Shown here: in pieces, positions 61,839-64,000 of the stretch
Numbering within the stretch: position 1 is the stretch's first letter
Layout of the letters: the number at the start of each line of letters is the position of its first letter
DNA from: Candidatus Bathyarchaeota archaeon
GTDB lineage: Archaea; Thermoproteota; Bathyarchaeia; Bathyarchaeales; Bathycorpusculaceae
Direction of reading: 5' to 3'
NCBI GenBank assembly: GCA_963767735.1
Contig: CAVYES010000010.1
Span: forward strand, 15,581-79,580
Length of the DNA stretch: 64,000 nucleotides
Notes under the pieces: model-generated
The model's input: the letters and a program-made list of their open reading frames with translations, nothing else
What the model was told of the DNA's origin: nothing
Databases searched by the model: none
Position numbers and translations under genes: made by a program

Positions 61839-62120
61839 ATGGTTGAAATGAAAGTCGATACTTCAGATCTTAAAGGTGACCAAGCTAAATTAGTCGATAA
61901 GCTAGTGGAGTTCCTGAAGGAGAAAACAGGCGGAGAAGTAGCAGCAGAGTCAAAAATGTTAACGGTGAAAGGCGAAGGCGAAGGATTAAGCAAAAAATAC
62001 ATACGCATAACATTGAAAAAGTTTCTACACAAACACGAACTCACAGAGGACTTCAGGGTAACAGGCAACGTTGAGAACACGCTCAAAATCAAAGACAGAG
62101 GACTTGAAGAAGAAGATTAA
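61839..62120 (+). CDS. rpl22e: ribosomal protein eL22-like
   Basis: L.EFL.EK...SKKYIRITLKKFLHKHEL...FRV and acidic tail, similar to eukaryotic FSKRYLKYLTKKYLKK..LRD.LRV. Confidence 0.7.
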   Translation: MVEMKVDTSDLKGDQAKLVDKLVEFLKEKTGGEVAAESKMLTVKGEGEGLSKKYIRITLKKFLHKHELTEDFRVTGNVENTLKIKDRGLEEED

Positions 62121-62343
62121 CGAGGCTACTGCTCAAGATACCAATATGCTTTCTTTACATAACTCAAAAACAACTTTTTTGACCAAGAAATCAAAATTTT
62201 TTTCATAATATTTTTCGCCTTAAGAAGCTTTGCTGCAAAATAAGCCTTAAAGATATGTGACTGTATTGTTCAGGCTACATTTGCCACACCCTTTACTGTT
62301 CTCTTAAAACTATTCTTAGAAACTTAAAAAAAAAGCAAGTAGT

Positions 62344-63726
62344 TCAATTATACTTGGGCTTCCGGAAGATTAGTAAAATTCCAATAATCAAACCAACCAC
62401 GACAATGAAGGCAATTATTGACAAAGTTGTTTGGGAAAACACTGATTGCTTGCTTCCTATTGCTGGTGTAGTTTCTTGCGAGCCTTCTGGAGGCAGACTG
62501 CTAGGCGAAATGGAAGGAACTGCACAGGGCGTACTTTGTGGAGAAGGGCTTGGGTTTGAAATGTAGGCAGGTAGGTTAAAAACAGGATCTACCCATTCGG
62601 GGGCGATGACGTTTACGCTGGAGATGTTGAAGGGCGCCATCAAGGGGTAGTTGTCTGTTCCCAAGTTGCCCGAAGGGTAGCCTGTGTCAGAGTAGGTGGT
62701 TGTTACCAAGTAAGGTTGGTCGCCTATGCCGTCGCCGTTGGAGTCTGTACCGTTATAGTTGGTCCAGTAGTTGCCGACTCTCCCGTTGTCCTAGGATTCA
62801 GGTCCGGGGTTATTAGTAAAAATCATGACAGGGGTGGAGTTGACGAGGAAGTTGTTTTCGTAGAAGAGGTTGTTTGCTGCGTCTTCAGTGCCGCCGTGGG
62901 TTCCGCCTATGCCGACTACATATGTGATCGTGTTTCCGTAGAAGACATTATTGAAGCCCATAAGCGAGATAGCTCCGCCGACGTAGTTTCCGCAAACCGT
63001 GTTCTGAGAGTCGTAGTTGTCCCAGCTGATGCTACAGTTAATCAATGCGTTCCTAGCAATAACCGTTCCTGTGGTGTTGTATTCAAGCTGGATTCCTGGC
63101 CATGCGTCTCCGCTGACGGTGTTGCCGTAGACCATGTTGTCTAAGCCTTTCACGTCTATTCCCAGTGTGCTATCGAAAATCAGTTTGTTGTCGGCTATGA
63201 CATTGTTGTTGCCGTTGGATTCAATGTCGCCGAGTGAACGCGGGTCAGATGTTCCGACGGTGTTGTTGGCGACTATTTGGTTGGAGCCAGTCAGTTCAAG
63301 CGCCATGTCCATGACGTTACCGATTACTTGAATTCCGTCTCCGCCGCCGTAGATGCTAGCCATCCCGCCTTGGAGGGTGAAGCCTGAAACCACAACGTTA
63401 TCGGTGTTGATTCTGATGGGCGCAGGGGAGTACATGTGAGGCCAATTTCCAAGGTAGCCGGATTGAAGGCAGTTTATCACTGTAGTGTCTGGTCCTTCGC
63501 CGATAAGCGAAATCGAGCTGTTTATCTGCAGCATGTTTTCGTTGTAGACTCCGCTTCTAACAAAGATTATGTCGCCCGACTGCGCGTTAGCCAACGCAGC
63601 GCTAATGGTCGGGTATTGGTCAGGAACGATTAAGGTGTAGACCTGGGCTTTCGCAGGCAAAGCGGGGGTTAAGCATGGGGTTAAAAGTAAGAGGAGAAAA
63701 ACCGTTACAGCAGATTTCTTGTCCAT
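62344..63726 (-). pseudogene. NosD/CASH parallel beta-helix surface protein, interrupted by in-frame TAG at 62791-62793
   Basis: VPDQYPTISAA..G.Y.E start; ES*DNGRVGNYWTNYNGTDSNGDGIGDQPY and DNYPLM continue in the same frame to a C-terminal TM. Confidence 0.8.
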
Positions 63727-63859
63727 ACTTAACCACAACAAGTTCTAACCCTCCATTTTAGAATAAAGGCTTTTTTGTCCACGATTCTGGACTAAAATCT
63801 AATTTCTTTGTCAAGGTTTCTGGACTAAATGAAAAAAGTAGAAATATGCTTGGAAACTG

Positions 63860-64000
63860 CTATTTGATTTTTAACTTTTTATAGATACGGAGAAATACTT
63901 TTTCGCCTTCGGGCACCGGTTCTTTGAACTTGACTGAGACTTCGCTTGGTGGAAGTGAAGCCCTGATCTCGCCTGGAACTCCTGATGCAGTAAAGATTTG
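63860..64000 (-). CDS. 3' end of a gene entering from outside the window
   Basis: QIFTASGVPGEIRASLPPSEVSVKFKEPVPEGEKVFLRIYKKLKIK*. Confidence 0.55.
   Translation of the reverse strand, partial: QIFTASGVPGEIRASLPPSEVSVKFKEPVPEGEKVFLRIYKKLKIK

Overview
Archaeal chromosomal segment. It is most consistent with Bathyarchaeia/Thermoproteota; this is an inference from the eL22-like r-protein, archaeal HMG-CoA synthase/thiolase locus, single-OB SSB, ISH3, TATA-type promoters and PEF-type sorting signal. 1-4.4 kb is the end of an integrated element: tyrosine integrase, Fic/Doc protein, HTH protein, ParB-like protein and an ABC-type ATPase running off the window. 4.5-12 kb is an F420/aldehyde oxidoreductase cluster whose three promoters share one motif. 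It is followed by a tnpA-only IS200/IS605 derivative, a tandem ferritin and an intact ISH3. The rest is mostly housekeeping: OFOR, nrdR-nrdD-nrdG with tandem NrdR boxes at a TATA box, radical SAM-dinB, ABC exporter, pncB, thiolase-like gene plus DUF35-HMGCS fusion, SSB, uvrBAC, tRNA-Lys(CTT), larE/larC/larB, trmO and eL22. Best leads: (i) a thiolase homologue that has lost all canonical catalytic residues, coupled to an intact DUF35-HMG-CoA synthase fusion; (ii) an unannotated C/D-box sRNA whose D guide predicts 16S Cm1402, directly upstream of rpl22e; (iii) bacterial-type NrdR control at an archaeal TATA promoter; (iv) a ParB/ABC-ATPase module in the mobile element; (v) a 45-aa 9-Cys microprotein ending in GGG ahead of OFOR. 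Several single-base indels in conserved genes look like long-read errors. No CRISPR array or rRNA was seen. All calls are by-eye motif recognition; no searches were run.
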